NCBI GenBank assembly: GCA_965220745.1
Contig: CBDCQT010000005.1
Location: forward strand, 160,001-224,000
Origin: Alphaproteobacteria bacterium
GTDB taxonomy: Bacteria; Pseudomonadota; Alphaproteobacteria; UBA828
DNA: 64,000 bases
Direction: 5' to 3'
Part shown: positions 42,037-52,399 of the stretch, one piece after another
Layout: every line of letters starts with the position of its first letter
How positions within the stretch are numbered: position 1 is the first letter of the stretch
Made by a program: the position numbers and the translations under genes
The notes under the pieces: generated by a model
Database searches by the model: none
Seen by the model: only the letters and a program-made list of their open reading frames with translations
What the model was told of the DNA's origin: nothing

Positions 42037-45000
42037 TCAGGCGATCTCGGCTTGCGCCTCGTCGACCAGCGGGTGGGACAGACGGGAAATCATCTCCCGC
42101 GGGCAGATCTGCCAGAAGTTGCCGATCTCCAGGGTCCAGTCGGCGAGCAGGCGTTCGCTGTAGCGCGAGCGGGTCTCTGCATGGTGCTCCTCGACCAGGG
42201 CCCGGCACTCGCGTTCCCAGTGGACGCTGGCGATGCGTTGCCAGACCACCGTGTCGGCATTGACCCGCCGCTCGAAGGTGGCATCGGGGTCATAGACGAA
42301 GGCCATGCCGCCGGTCATGCCAGCGGCGAAATTGTCGCCCACGGGCCCCAGGATGACCGCAATGCCGCCGGTCATGTATTCGCACCCGTTCGAGCCGCAG
42401 CCCTCCACCACAGCGCGCGCGCCCGAGTTGCGCACGCAGAAGCGTTCGCCCGCCTGGCCGGCGGCGAACAGCTTTCCGCTGGTGGCACCGTAGAGGACCA
42501 CATTGCCGATGATCGTGTTCTCGTTGGAGGCGAGCGGGCTCGAGGTCGGCAGGCGCAAGACGATGGTGCCGCCCGAGAGGCCCTTGCCCACATAGTCGTT
42601 GGCGTCGCCGCTCACCACGATCTTGAGGCCCTGGACGGCCCAGGCGCCGAGCGACTGGCCGGCGGAGCCACGCAGGCTCACCGTGAAGTAGTCAGGCGGC
42701 AGCCCCGACATGCCGAAGCGGCGGGTCAGGTGGGACGAGAGCTTGGCCCCGATCGTGCGGTGCGTGTTGCTCATCGTGTAGGCGAGCTGCATCTTCTCCG
42801 GCACTTCCAGCGCGTCGTCGGCGTCGCTGATGATCTGCTCGTCGAGGGTGCCGGGCACCTCGATCCGTCCCTTGCGCGTGGAGTGGCGGGGGTGGCCGCC
42901 GGGGTCCGCCTGGGCGAGCAGCGGGTTGAGATCGAGATCGTCGAGATCGGCGCTGCCGCGGCTGACTTGGCGTAGCAGGTCGGTGCGGCCGACAATCTCG
43001 TGAAGCGTCGCCACCCCGAGCGACGCCAGAATCTCGCGCACCTCCTCGCCGATGAAGGTGAACAGGTTGACCACTTTCTCCGGCGTGCCCTCGAACTTGG
43101 CGCGGAGCGCGGGGTCCTGCGTGCACACTCCCACCGGGCAGGTGTTGCTGTGACACTGGCGCACAAGAATGCAGCCCATGGCGACCAGCGAGGTGGTGCC
43201 GATGCCGAATTCCTCAGCCCCCAGCATGGCGGCGGTGACCACGTCGCGGCCGGTCTTGATGCCGCCGTCGACCCGGAGCGTCACGGTGTGGCGCAGGCGG
43301 TTGAGGGTCAGGACCTGATGCACCTCGGCGAGACCCATCTCCCAGGGCACGCCGGCGTATTTCACGCTGCTCTGGGGCGAGGCGCCGGTGCCGCCGTCGT
43401 GGCCCGAGACCAGAACCACGTCGGCCTTCGCCTTGGCGACGCCGGCGGCGATGGTGCCGATGCCGGCCTCGGCCACGAGCTTGACCGTGACTCTGGCGTT
43501 CGGGTTGATCTGCTTCAGGTCGTAGATCAACTGGGCCAGATCCTCGATCGAGTAGATGTCGTGGTGCGGCGGCGGCGAGATCAGCGTCACCCCCGGCGTC
43601 GAATGGCGCAGCTTGGCGATCTCCTCCGACACCTTGAAGCCCGGCAGCTGGCCGCCTTCGCCGGGCTTCGCCCCTTGCGCCATCTTGATCTCGATCTCGC
43701 GGCAGTGGTTCAGGTACTCCGCGGTCACGCCGAAGCGGGCGGACGCAATCTGCTTGGTCGCGGACGACGCGTTGTCGCCGTTGTCGCGCGGCTCGAAGCG
43801 CTCCCGCGCCTCGCCACCCTCGCCACTGCAGGACGCAGCCCCGATGCGGTTCATGGCGATGGCCAGCGTCTCGTGCGCCTCCTTGGAGAGCGCGCCGTGC
43901 GACATGCTGCCGCTGCTGAAGCGCTTGCGGATCTGAGTGATCGATTCCACTTCGTCGAGACCGATCTCGGGCCTGTCGGACTCGAAGCCCAGGAGGTTAC
44001 GAATCTGGATCGGCGGCAGCGCGTACACGCCCTCGGCATACTTCTTGTAGGTCGCGTAAGAGTCGGCCGCGAGCGCCGACTGGAGCATGTGGATGAGCGG
44101 TCCGTCGAAGGCGTGTATCTCGCCCGAGCGGCGGTACTTGAGGAGGCCGCCCACCGGCAGCACCACAGGGCTCTCCTCGTAGGCCTTGCGGTGCTGGTGC
44201 AGCACGCGGCGCTTGATGCCGCTGAGTCCGATGCCGGAAAGCCGCGCCGTCATGCCGGGGAAGAAATCTGCGACCAACGCCCGGCTGAGTCCGACGGACT
44301 CGAAGTTGTAGCCGCTGCGGTATGAGCTCAGCACCGAAATGCCCATCTTGGAGAGGATTTTGAGCAATCCCGCATCCACCGCGCGGCGATAACGGTCCTC
44401 GCAGTCCGCCAGGCTGCGGTTGCCGAAGAGCCCGCGTTCCTGCCTGTCGGCCAGGCTTTCGAGCGCGAGGTAGGGGTTGATCGAGGTCGCGCCCACCCCG
44501 ATCAGGACGGCGAAATAGTGGACGTCGAGGCACTCGGCGGCGCGCACGTTGATCGAGGTGAAGGTCCTGAGCCGCTGGCGCACCAGGTGGCTGTGCACCC
44601 CGCCGGCCGCCAGGATCATGGGGATCGGCGCACGCTCTTCCGAGACATGCTCGTCTGTCAGGATGAGGTGGGTTGCGCCGCCGCGCACGGCTTCCTCCGC
44701 CTGCGCGCGGATGCGCTCCATTGCCGCAGTGAGCCGACCGCGGCCAGGGGACGCATCGAAGCTGCAGTCGATCCACACCGCCTTGTCGCCCAGAAGCTCG
44801 GTCAGGCCCTTGAATTCGCCGTTGGTGAGGACCGGCGAATCCAGTTGCAACAACGCGGTCTGCTCGGGCTCGCCGGCGAAGATGTTGCCCATGTTGCCGA
44901 GCCGGGTGAGCAGGCTCATGACGCTGTATTCGCGCAGGGAGTCGATCGGCGGGTTGGTCACCTGCGCGAACATCTGGCGGAAATAGTGATGCAAGCCTCG

Positions 45001-46551
45001 ATACTGGCCCGAGAGCACGGCGAGCGGCGTGTCGTCGCCCATCGAGCCAGTCGGCTCCTTGCCGGCTTCCACCATGGGATGGAGCACCAGTTCGAGCTCC
45101 TCCATGGAATAGCCCACCATGCGCTGGCGTAGCCGGAGCTCGTCGCGCGAGAACATGCGGGGCGCCGCCGTGCCGGAGACCAGCGCGCTCGCGTCGACCA
45201 CGTCTGCGACCCATGCCGCGTATGGCTTGGCCTCCGCGAGCATGTCCTTCATCTCACGGTCGTGATAGAGGCGGCCTTCGGAGAGATCGACGCAGATCAT
45301 CTGGCCGGGGCCCAGGCGGCCGTTCTCGGTAATGCGCTCGGGCGCGATGGGGACCATGCCGGTCTCGGAGCCGACAACGAGCATCCCGTCGGCGGTGACG
45401 CTGTAGCGCATGGGGCGAAGCCCGTTGCGATCCATGCCGGCGAGAATCCAGGTGCCGTCCGTCGCGGCGATGGCCGCCGGGCCGTCCCACGGCTCCATCA
45501 CGCAGTTGCAGAAGTTGTAGAAGGCGCGGTGGTGGGCCGGCATGTCCTGCTTCTTGGACCAGGCGTCGGGGATCAGCAGGCTGTGGGCCGCCGGCACCGA
45601 GCGCCCGGCCCGCACCACGCCTTCGAGTACGGCGTCGAGCGCCATGGAATCCGACGAGTCCGGCTCGATCAGCGGAAAGAGCTCGCTGTTGTGGGCGCCG
45701 AAGACGTCGCTCGCAGCGCGCGTCTCGTGATTCGCCATCCAGTTCTTGTTGCCGCGAATCGTGTTGATCTCGCCGTTGTGGGCGAGCATGCGGAAGGGCT
45801 GTGCCAGCCGCCACGTGGGGAAGGTGTTGGTCGAGTAGCGCTGGTGGAAGATCGCGAAGCGCGACACGAAGCGCTCGTCGAGCAGGTCCGGATAGAACGC
45901 CGTGAGCTGCTCGGCCAGGAACATACCCTTGTAGATGAGCGAGCGGCACGAGAGAGAGCAGATGTAGAAGCCGGTGATGTGACGGTCGAGCACCTGCTTC
46001 TCGATGCGCCGGCGGATGATGTAGAGGTCGATCTCGAACTGGTCGTCGTCGACATCGCGCCGGTTGACGATCATCACCTGTTCGATCTCGGGCCGAGCGG
46101 CGTTCGCCTTCTCCCCAATCACCGAGGAATCAATCGGCACCTGGCGCCAGCCCACGATGCCGTGGCCGAAACGGAGGATCTCGGTCTCGACGACGCTGCG
46201 GCAAAGGTCTTGCGCGCCGAGGTCGGTCTTGGGCAGGAAGACCATGCCGACGGCGAGCCGCCCGCCTTTGGGGCTCTGGCCCGTCGCCTCTATATGCTCC
46301 CGGAAGAAGTCTTGCGGAATCTCGACGTGGATGCCGGCGCCGTCTCCGGTTTTGCCGTCGGCGTCCACCGCGCCCCGGTGCCACACGGCCTTGAGCGCCG
46401 CGATGCCGGCCTCGACCACGTCGCGCCGCGGCGTGCCGTCGAGCGCGGCGATCAGCCCGACCCCGCAGGAATCGTGCTCGAAAGAGGGGTCGTAGAGGCC
46501 GAAGCCCTGACCGGCCTCCGCGGCATGGGGATGGTGCTGTCGCTCCTTCAT
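42037..46551 (-). CDS. gltB: Glutamate synthase large subunit
   Basis: DSCGVG, HQRYSTNT, AHNGEINT, IKMAQGAKPGEGGQL, CHSNTCPVG. Confidence 0.98.
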   Translation of the reverse strand: MKERQHHPHAAEAGQGFGLYDPSFEHDSCGVGLIAALDGTPRRDVVEAGIAALKAVWHRGAVDADGKTGDGAGIHVEIPQDFFREHIEATGQSPKGGRLAVGMVFLPKTDLGAQDLCRSVVETEILRFGHGIVGWRQVPIDSSVIGEKANAARPEIEQVMIVNRRDVDDDQFEIDLYIIRRRIEKQVLDRHITGFYICSLSCRSLIYKGMFLAEQLTAFYPDLLDERFVSRFAIFHQRYSTNTFPTWRLAQPFRMLAHNGEINTIRGNKNWMANHETRAASDVFGAHNSELFPLIEPDSSDSMALDAVLEGVVRAGRSVPAAHSLLIPDAWSKKQDMPAHHRAFYNFCNCVMEPWDGPAAIAATDGTWILAGMDRNGLRPMRYSVTADGMLVVGSETGMVPIAPERITENGRLGPGQMICVDLSEGRLYHDREMKDMLAEAKPYAAWVADVVDASALVSGTAAPRMFSRDELRLRQRMVGYSMEELELVLHPMVEAGKEPTGSMGDDTPLAVLSGQYRGLHHYFRQMFAQVTNPPIDSLREYSVMSLLTRLGNMGNIFAGEPEQTALLQLDSPVLTNGEFKGLTELLGDKAVWIDCSFDASPGRGRLTAAMERIRAQAEEAVRGGATHLILTDEHVSEERAPIPMILAAGGVHSHLVRQRLRTFTSINVRAAECLDVHYFAVLIGVGATSINPYLALESLADRQERGLFGNRSLADCEDRYRRAVDAGLLKILSKMGISVLSSYRSGYNFESVGLSRALVADFFPGMTARLSGIGLSGIKRRVLHQHRKAYEESPVVLPVGGLLKYRRSGEIHAFDGPLIHMLQSALAADSYATYKKYAEGVYALPPIQIRNLLGFESDRPEIGLDEVESITQIRKRFSSGSMSHGALSKEAHETLAIAMNRIGAASCSGEGGEARERFEPRDNGDNASSATKQIASARFGVTAEYLNHCREIEIKMAQGAKPGEGGQLPGFKVSEEIAKLRHSTPGVTLISPPPHHDIYSIEDLAQLIYDLKQINPNARVTVKLVAEAGIGTIAAGVAKAKADVVLVSGHDGGTGASPQSSVKYAGVPWEMGLAEVHQVLTLNRLRHTVTLRVDGGIKTGRDVVTAAMLGAEEFGIGTTSLVAMGCILVRQCHSNTCPVGVCTQDPALRAKFEGTPEKVVNLFTFIGEEVREILASLGVATLHEIVGRTDLLRQVSRGSADLDDLDLNPLLAQADPGGHPRHSTRKGRIEVPGTLDEQIISDADDALEVPEKMQLAYTMSNTHRTIGAKLSSHLTRRFGMSGLPPDYFTVSLRGSAGQSLGAWAVQGLKIVVSGDANDYVGKGLSGGTIVLRLPTSSPLASNENTIIGNVVLYGATSGKLFAAGQAGERFCVRNSGARAVVEGCGSNGCEYMTGGIAVILGPVGDNFAAGMTGGMAFVYDPDATFERRVNADTVVWQRIASVHWERECRALVEEHHAETRSRYSERLLADWTLEIGNFWQICPREMISRLSHPLVDEAQAEIA

Positions 46552-47984
46552 GCGGCTGCCTCCCTCACGCCATCGCGTTCGTCCGCGTTTGCCTGAATGT
46601 GGCGGTGAATGGAGCGCGCGGCGTCGCGTCCGTCCTTGATCGCCCAGACCACCAGCGAGGCGCCGCGCACGATGTCGCCGATGGCGAAGACGCCGTCGAG
46701 GCTCGTCATCATGGTGCGCCAGTCGATCAGCAGCGTGCCCCAGCGCGTCGTCTTCAGTGTGGGCTCGCCGAAGAAGGTCGGCAGGTCCTCGGGGTCGAAG
46801 CCCAAAGCCTTGATGAGCAGGTCGGCGTCGATGGAGTAGCTCGAGCCGGGGATGGGCTGGGGCGTCTGCCGCCCGCTCGCGTCGGCGACGCCGAGGTGGA
46901 TGCGCACCGCGCGCACGCCCTGGACCAACGTATCGCCGAGCACGGCCTCGGGCGCAGACAGCCAGACGAACTCGACTCCCTCTTCCTCGGCGTGGCGTAC
47001 CTCCTGCATCGAGCCCGGCATGTTCACGCGATCCCGCCGGTAGAGGCAGCGCACCGAGCGCGCGCCCTGGCGCACCGCCGTGCGCACGCAGTCCATCGCC
47101 GTGTCACCGCCGCCGACGACCACGACATTCTTGCCAGTGGCGTCCAGCGTGCCGTCGTCGAAGGCCGGCACCGCATCGCCCAAGCCCTTGCGGTTGCTGG
47201 CGGTGAGGTAGTCCATCGCCTGGAAGATGTTGCCGAGGCCGATCCCCGGCAGGGACACGTCGCGCGCCTTGTAGGCGCCGGTCGCGATCACCACCGCATC
47301 GTGCTGCGCGCGCAGCTCCGCGAGCGAACAGTCGCGCCCGACCTCGACGTTGAGGTGCATGTGCACGCCGCCCTCGATGAGCAGGTCGGCCCGGCGCTGA
47401 ACGATGGACTTCTCCAGCTTGAAGTTCGGAATTCCGTAGATCAGCAGTCCGCCGACCCGGTCGTAGCGGTCGTAGATATGGGCCTGATAGCCCATGCGGC
47501 GCAGCTCCTCGGCGACCGTCAGGCCACCGGGGCCGGCACCGACGATGCCCACCGACTGCGAGCGCTCCGCCCTGGGCTTCGGCGGCTTGACCCAGCCATT
47601 GTGGAAGGCGGTGTCGGTGATGTAGCGCTCCACGGCGCCGATGGTGACCGACTCGAAGCCCTTTTCGATCACGCAGTTGCCTTCGCAGAGGCGATCCTGC
47701 GGGCAGATGCGGCCGCAGATCTCGGGCATGTTGTTGGTCGCCGACGAAATCTCGTAGGCCTCTTCCAGCCGTCCTTCGGCCGTCAGCATCAGCCAGTCGG
47801 GGATGTTGTTCGAGACCGGGCAGTGAATCTGACAAAAGGGGACGCCGCACTGAGAGCAGCGCGCGGCCTGATCAGCCGCCGCCTCGGGCCGGAAGTCCTC
47901 GTAGACCTCGCCCCAGTCGCGGCGGCGGAGCGCCGGCGCCCGCTTGTCCGGGTGCTCTTGCTCCAGCGTCACGAATTTGAGCAT
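46548..47984 (-). CDS. gltD: Glutamate synthase small subunit
   Basis: RCSQCGVPFCQIHCP, GRICPQDRLCEG, GGGDTAMDC; alphaproteobacterial MLKFV start at 47984. Confidence 0.96.
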   Translation of the reverse strand: MLKFVTLEQEHPDKRAPALRRRDWGEVYEDFRPEAAADQAARCSQCGVPFCQIHCPVSNNIPDWLMLTAEGRLEEAYEISSATNNMPEICGRICPQDRLCEGNCVIEKGFESVTIGAVERYITDTAFHNGWVKPPKPRAERSQSVGIVGAGPGGLTVAEELRRMGYQAHIYDRYDRVGGLLIYGIPNFKLEKSIVQRRADLLIEGGVHMHLNVEVGRDCSLAELRAQHDAVVIATGAYKARDVSLPGIGLGNIFQAMDYLTASNRKGLGDAVPAFDDGTLDATGKNVVVVGGGDTAMDCVRTAVRQGARSVRCLYRRDRVNMPGSMQEVRHAEEEGVEFVWLSAPEAVLGDTLVQGVRAVRIHLGVADASGRQTPQPIPGSSYSIDADLLIKALGFDPEDLPTFFGEPTLKTTRWGTLLIDWRTMMTSLDGVFAIGDIVRGASLVVWAIKDGRDAARSIHRHIQANADERDGVREAAA

Positions 47985-48112
47985 TTCTGCGCCCACGCGC
48001 TCTCTCCACAAGGTTTCGGCGTGGCGGCCGCTGCCGGCACCGGTCTTGCGCTGTTGCCCCTGCGTACTATAGCGGTAAGCCGGTACACGTGCCAGACAAT
48101 TCACCACTTATA

Positions 48113-48129
48113 AGGCAGTATTACTGTCT
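48113..48129. promoter_or_regulatory. Palindromic operator-like site upstream of gltD
   Basis: AGGCAGTA-T-TACTGTCT, 7/8 inverted match, in an AT-rich divergent intergenic region. Confidence 0.5.
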
Positions 48130-48308
48130 AAAAGGTGCGCGGCACGCCGAGTCGAATTTCAGGCCGACCGGTCCGACCAAAGTTTCGGAGAATTTTAGTG
48201 CCGATACGCGACGATATGTCGCGAGCGGCTCATCGTGCCTGATCGGGCCAGCGATGGTATAAGCGCGCCGCGGCCCGAGTCGGTCGACACTGAGGCAGCA
48301 GCACGCCC

Positions 48309-49118
48309 GTGCCGTTCCTTCATATCGTCGTCATCACGATCATTCAGGGCATCACCGAGTTTCTGCCGGTGAGCTCATCCGGGCACTTGGTGCTCGTGCC
48401 ATTCGTCACCGGTTGGCAGGACCAGGGGCTGGTCATGGACGTGGCGGTCCATGTCGGCACGCTGGCGGCGGTGCTGGTCTACTTCTGGCGGGATCTCGGG
48501 CAGATGATCCTCGGCTGGATCGGCGGGCGTTGGCGGCGGCGGGACCGGCGCCTCGGCCGCGCGCTTGGCTTCTACGTGGTGGTCTCGGCGATCCCTGTCA
48601 TCCTCGCGGGCGGCGCGATCTACGTGCTGGGGCACGAGATGCTCCGCAACCCGGAGGTCGTCGCCTGGGCCACGATCAGCTTCGGTATCCTGCTCTATCT
48701 CGCCGATCGCATCGGGATCACCGTGCGAGAGGTCGAGCACATGACGCTCGGCCACGCCTTCTTCATCGGGCTTGCTCAGGTGCTCGCGCTCATTCCCGGC
48801 GCGAGCCGCTCGGGCGTCACCATGACGGCGGCGCGCTGGCTCGGCTACGAGCGGCCAGAGGCGGCCCGCTTCGCGATGCTCATGTCGATCCCCGTGATCG
48901 CGGCGAGCGGCGCGGTGGCCGGATACGAGGTCTGGCAGCAGGGCGATCCGATCGTTATCGGGAGCGCGGCGCTGGCCGCGGCGCTCTCCTTCGTGGTGGC
49001 GCTGCTCGCGATCGCGCTGCTGCTCGCCCTGCTGCGGCGCGTGAGCTTCACACCGTTCGTGATCTACCGCCTGCTGCTGGGCGGGGCCGTCCTGGTCTGG
49101 CTCCACTACTTGTCGTAA
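48309..49118 (+). CDS. uppP: Undecaprenyl-diphosphate phosphatase
   Basis: QGITEFLPVSSSGH, HVGTL, PGASRSG. Confidence 0.95.
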   Translation: MPFLHIVVITIIQGITEFLPVSSSGHLVLVPFVTGWQDQGLVMDVAVHVGTLAAVLVYFWRDLGQMILGWIGGRWRRRDRRLGRALGFYVVVSAIPVILAGGAIYVLGHEMLRNPEVVAWATISFGILLYLADRIGITVREVEHMTLGHAFFIGLAQVLALIPGASRSGVTMTAARWLGYERPEAARFAMLMSIPVIAASGAVAGYEVWQQGDPIVIGSAALAAALSFVVALLAIALLLALLRRVSFTPFVIYRLLLGGAVLVWLHYLS

Positions 49119-49142
49119 GGAGCCAGCGCGGGAAAGAGCGGC

Positions 49143-50144
49143 TCAGGTCTCGCTCACCGGTGCCGATTCGGTGTTGCCGCGGCGGTAATCGCGCAGATAG
49201 GTCGGAAGAATCAGTTCGGCCGCCGTCGCGTCGACCCCGAGGTCGGCGAGCTCCAGCGCGTCCGGGGCAACGACGTTGTCGATCCTGAGCAGCTTGACCT
49301 GGTCCGGTGTCAGCGGCGGGATCGGCGCGAACTGCAGAAACTTCGCCATCACTGCTGCCGCGAGGAATGGCACAGGCACGTAGAGCGCGTTGCGGCCGGT
49401 CTCGCGTGCGACCAGCGCCATCAGTTCGGCGTAGCTGTAGATCGAGGGCCCGCCGAGCTCGTAGGTCTTGCCCTGCGCTGCGTCGCCGCTCAGCGTCCGC
49501 TGGGTGGCCTCGGCGATGTCGCCAACGAAGACCGGCTGGAACTGCGTGGTGCCCGCCTCGAACTCGGGCGTGAGGAACAGCCCGTCGAGCTTCATCTTCG
49601 GCATGCCGTCGAAGAACAGCGGCAGGACCGGCACGAGGCGCACCATCGACGCGAAGCGGTTGAAGAAGTCGTCCTCCGGCCCGAACACCAGGCTCGGCCT
49701 GAAGATGGTGGCGTCGGGGAACGCCTCCCTGACCGCCGCCTCGCCGGCGGCCTTGGAGCGGGCGTAGTCGGAGGGCGATGCCGCATCCGCGCCGATCGCC
49801 GAAATGTGAAGCACATGCGCGACGCCAGCCTCCGCTGCCGCGCGCGCGATGCGGTCGGCCGACGCCACGTGGACGGCGTAGAAGTTCTGCCGGCCGCGCT
49901 CGTAGAGGATACCGGCCAGATTGATGACGGCGTCCGCGCCGGCGACGGCACGCCGGACCGAGTCCTCGTTGCGCACGTTGGCCTGAACCGGGACGACCTG
50001 GCCGACATCGCCGCACGGGCGCAGGAATCCGGCGAGCTCTGGCCGCCGCGTCGCAATGCGGATGCCGTAGCCCTCCTGCGCGAGCCGTTGGACAATGTGG
50101 CGCCCCAGAAACCCGGTCCCGCCGAAGATTGTGACGATTTGCAA
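49143..50144 (-). CDS. Complex I NDUFA9-family SDR protein
   Basis: TIFGGTGFLGR, INLAGIL, SAIGAD, YARSK, RPSLVFGPEDDFFNRFA. Confidence 0.92.
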   Translation of the reverse strand: MQIVTIFGGTGFLGRHIVQRLAQEGYGIRIATRRPELAGFLRPCGDVGQVVPVQANVRNEDSVRRAVAGADAVINLAGILYERGRQNFYAVHVASADRIARAAAEAGVAHVLHISAIGADAASPSDYARSKAAGEAAVREAFPDATIFRPSLVFGPEDDFFNRFASMVRLVPVLPLFFDGMPKMKLDGLFLTPEFEAGTTQFQPVFVGDIAEATQRTLSGDAAQGKTYELGGPSIYSYAELMALVARETGRNALYVPVPFLAAAVMAKFLQFAPIPPLTPDQVKLLRIDNVVAPDALELADLGVDATAAELILPTYLRDYRRGNTESAPVSET

Positions 50145-50271
50145 GTCGGCCCCGCTCGCTCGTCCCTACCGTTGACGCGCCCCGACTATTAGCCCGGATG
50201 TCTCACCGATGTCACGGCCTGCGTCGCGCAGGCGTTGACCCTGGTGAGAGTTCCGGGCTAGGCAGCACGCC

Positions 50272-50889
50272 ATGGCTCAGCACCTCCATCGCGGCGACCT
50301 GCCGCCGGGGCTCACCTTCGGCGATTCGGTGGCGATCGACACCGAGACGATGGGCCTCAACCCGCACCGGGATCGGCTCTGCCTGGTGCAGCTCTCGCGC
50401 GGCGACGGCGACTGCCATCTGGTGCAGTTCCCGCCGGGCGAGCCCGTCGACGCGCCCAATCTGGCGGCGCTGCTGGCCGACGAGGCGGTGCTGAAAATCT
50501 TCCACTTCGCCCGCTTCGACATCGCGGTGCTGGAGCACGCGCTCGGGGTCCGCTGCGCTCCGGTCTACTGCACCAAGATCGCCTCGCGCCTTTCGCGCAC
50601 CTTCACCGACCGCCACGGACTCAAGGACCTTTGCCGCGACCTGCTGGGCGTCGAGATATCCAAGCAGCAGCAATCCTCGGACTGGGGCGCGGACCGGCTT
50701 TCACAGAGCCAGCTCGACTACGCCGCGAACGACGTCCTCCACCTGCATCCGCTCAAGGAGAAGCTTGACGAGATGCTCGCCCGCGAGGAGCGGACCGAAC
50801 TCGCCGAGGCCTGCTTTGCGTTCCTTCCCCACCGCGCCCGGCTCGATCTCGAGGGCTGGCCCGAGGTGGACATCTTCGCTCACGATTAG
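50272..50889 (+). CDS. rnd: Ribonuclease D (short DEDD 3'-5' exonuclease)
   Basis: AIDTETMGL, FHFARFD, CTKIAS, QQSSDWG, YAANDV. Confidence 0.92.
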   Translation: MAQHLHRGDLPPGLTFGDSVAIDTETMGLNPHRDRLCLVQLSRGDGDCHLVQFPPGEPVDAPNLAALLADEAVLKIFHFARFDIAVLEHALGVRCAPVYCTKIASRLSRTFTDRHGLKDLCRDLLGVEISKQQQSSDWGADRLSQSQLDYAANDVLHLHPLKEKLDEMLAREERTELAEACFAFLPHRARLDLEGWPEVDIFAHD

Positions 50890-51028
50890 CCTGGTTGTTT
50901 CACCGGACCCCCGCCCGCCTGCCTCGGGCGGCGAGGGAGCGCGGCGGACCGATCGTAAGGCCTTGGCAATGCTTCTCTGCCAGCGCTAGCCTTGTTCATC
51001 CACCGGGCTGACCGACGGGGGCTGCGCC

Positions 51029-52240
51029 ATGTTCGACGCAATCGTTGTGGGCGCGCGGTGTGCCGGCGCCTCTCTTGCGATGCTTCTCTCCCGCAAGGGC
51101 TACCGCGTCTTGCTCGTCGACCGGGCAACCTTTCCCAGCGACCACACCATGTCGACGCATCTGGTCTGGCAGAACGGAACGAACCGTCTGCGGAAATGGG
51201 GTCTGCTCGACACGGTCGCCGCCTCGAACTGCCCGCCGATGTCTTCCTTCTTCATCGACTTCGGGGATTTCCGGCTCGACGGCGAACCGACGCCGGCGGA
51301 CAGTCAGAAATACGCGTTCTGTCCCAGACGCTTCCTGCTCGACAAGTTCTTGGTCGATGCCGCCGCGGCGGCCGGCACCGAGGTGCGGGAGGGCGTCTTC
51401 GTCCGGGAGCTCGAAGGCGACGGCGACCGTGTGACCGGAATCTCCGGAACCGACAAGAACGGCGCCGCCGTTCGAGAGACCGCCCGAATCGTCGTTGGCG
51501 CGGACGGCATGAATTCGCTGGTGGCGCGCGCGGTTCAGGCACAGGAATACAACGCGAAACCACGGCTGCAGAGGACTTACTTCAGCTACTGGAGCGACGT
51601 GCCGTCCCATGCCGTGGAGATCTACGTCGGGGAATGGCGGGGGGCTTACGCGTTCCCTACCAACGACGGCCTGACGGTGGTCGGCGCGAACTGGACCGCG
51701 CGAGACGCTCGCGACTTCAAGGCCGACATCGAGACGAACTACCTCGAAACGTTGGAAGCCTGGACGCCGTCGCTCGCCGAACGGGTGCGCGATGGCACGC
51801 GCGAGGATCGCTGGCTCGGCGGCTCCATTCCGAGCTTCCTCCGCAAGCCCTATGGACCTGGCTGGGCGCTGGTGGGCGATGCCGGGGTCACCATGGACCC
51901 GTGCACGGCGGAGGGCATCACCAACGCTCTGCGCGATGCCGACTTCTTGGCCGATGCCCTCAACGAGGGTTTCTCCGGCCTGCGACCGATGGATGAAGCG
52001 CTTGCCCATTACGAGCAACGACGCAACGCGGCGATCGTGCCGATCTACGAGCTCACCTGCGAATTGGCGTCCTTCGCGCCGCTGCCGCCGGACAGGCGAC
52101 AGCTCCTGGAAGCCCTGATCGACAACCAGCCGGACACCAATCGCTTCCTGGGCTTGATCGCCCAGACCGTGTCCATCCCCGAGTTTTTCGCCGATGAGAA
52201 TGTACAAAGAATTCTGTCCACCGTATCGAATGTGCACTGA
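51029..52240 (+). CDS. FAD-dependent oxidoreductase (geranylgeranyl reductase / flavin monooxygenase superfamily)
   Basis: DAIVVGARCAG, VVGADG, WALVGDAG...DP...GI..A. Confidence 0.88.
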   Translation: MFDAIVVGARCAGASLAMLLSRKGYRVLLVDRATFPSDHTMSTHLVWQNGTNRLRKWGLLDTVAASNCPPMSSFFIDFGDFRLDGEPTPADSQKYAFCPRRFLLDKFLVDAAAAAGTEVREGVFVRELEGDGDRVTGISGTDKNGAAVRETARIVVGADGMNSLVARAVQAQEYNAKPRLQRTYFSYWSDVPSHAVEIYVGEWRGAYAFPTNDGLTVVGANWTARDARDFKADIETNYLETLEAWTPSLAERVRDGTREDRWLGGSIPSFLRKPYGPGWALVGDAGVTMDPCTAEGITNALRDADFLADALNEGFSGLRPMDEALAHYEQRRNAAIVPIYELTCELASFAPLPPDRRQLLEALIDNQPDTNRFLGLIAQTVSIPEFFADENVQRILSTVSNVH

Positions 52241-52399
52241 TCCACGCGGTCGCGCGCGCAGTGACCGCGTGCGACGTTGCGCAGGCTTGGCGAGGACGGG
52301 ACGTGTGAGAGGCGCTCCCCGCCTGCTACGATTGCCCGCCTTACAAGAGCTTAGCGGAACGTAGCGATCGCTCGTTCCCGCGGCATAGGGACGGGCTCC

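Noticed and set aside
51029-52240. Flavin-dependent halogenase call
   Set aside because: No WxWxIP halogenase motif seen.
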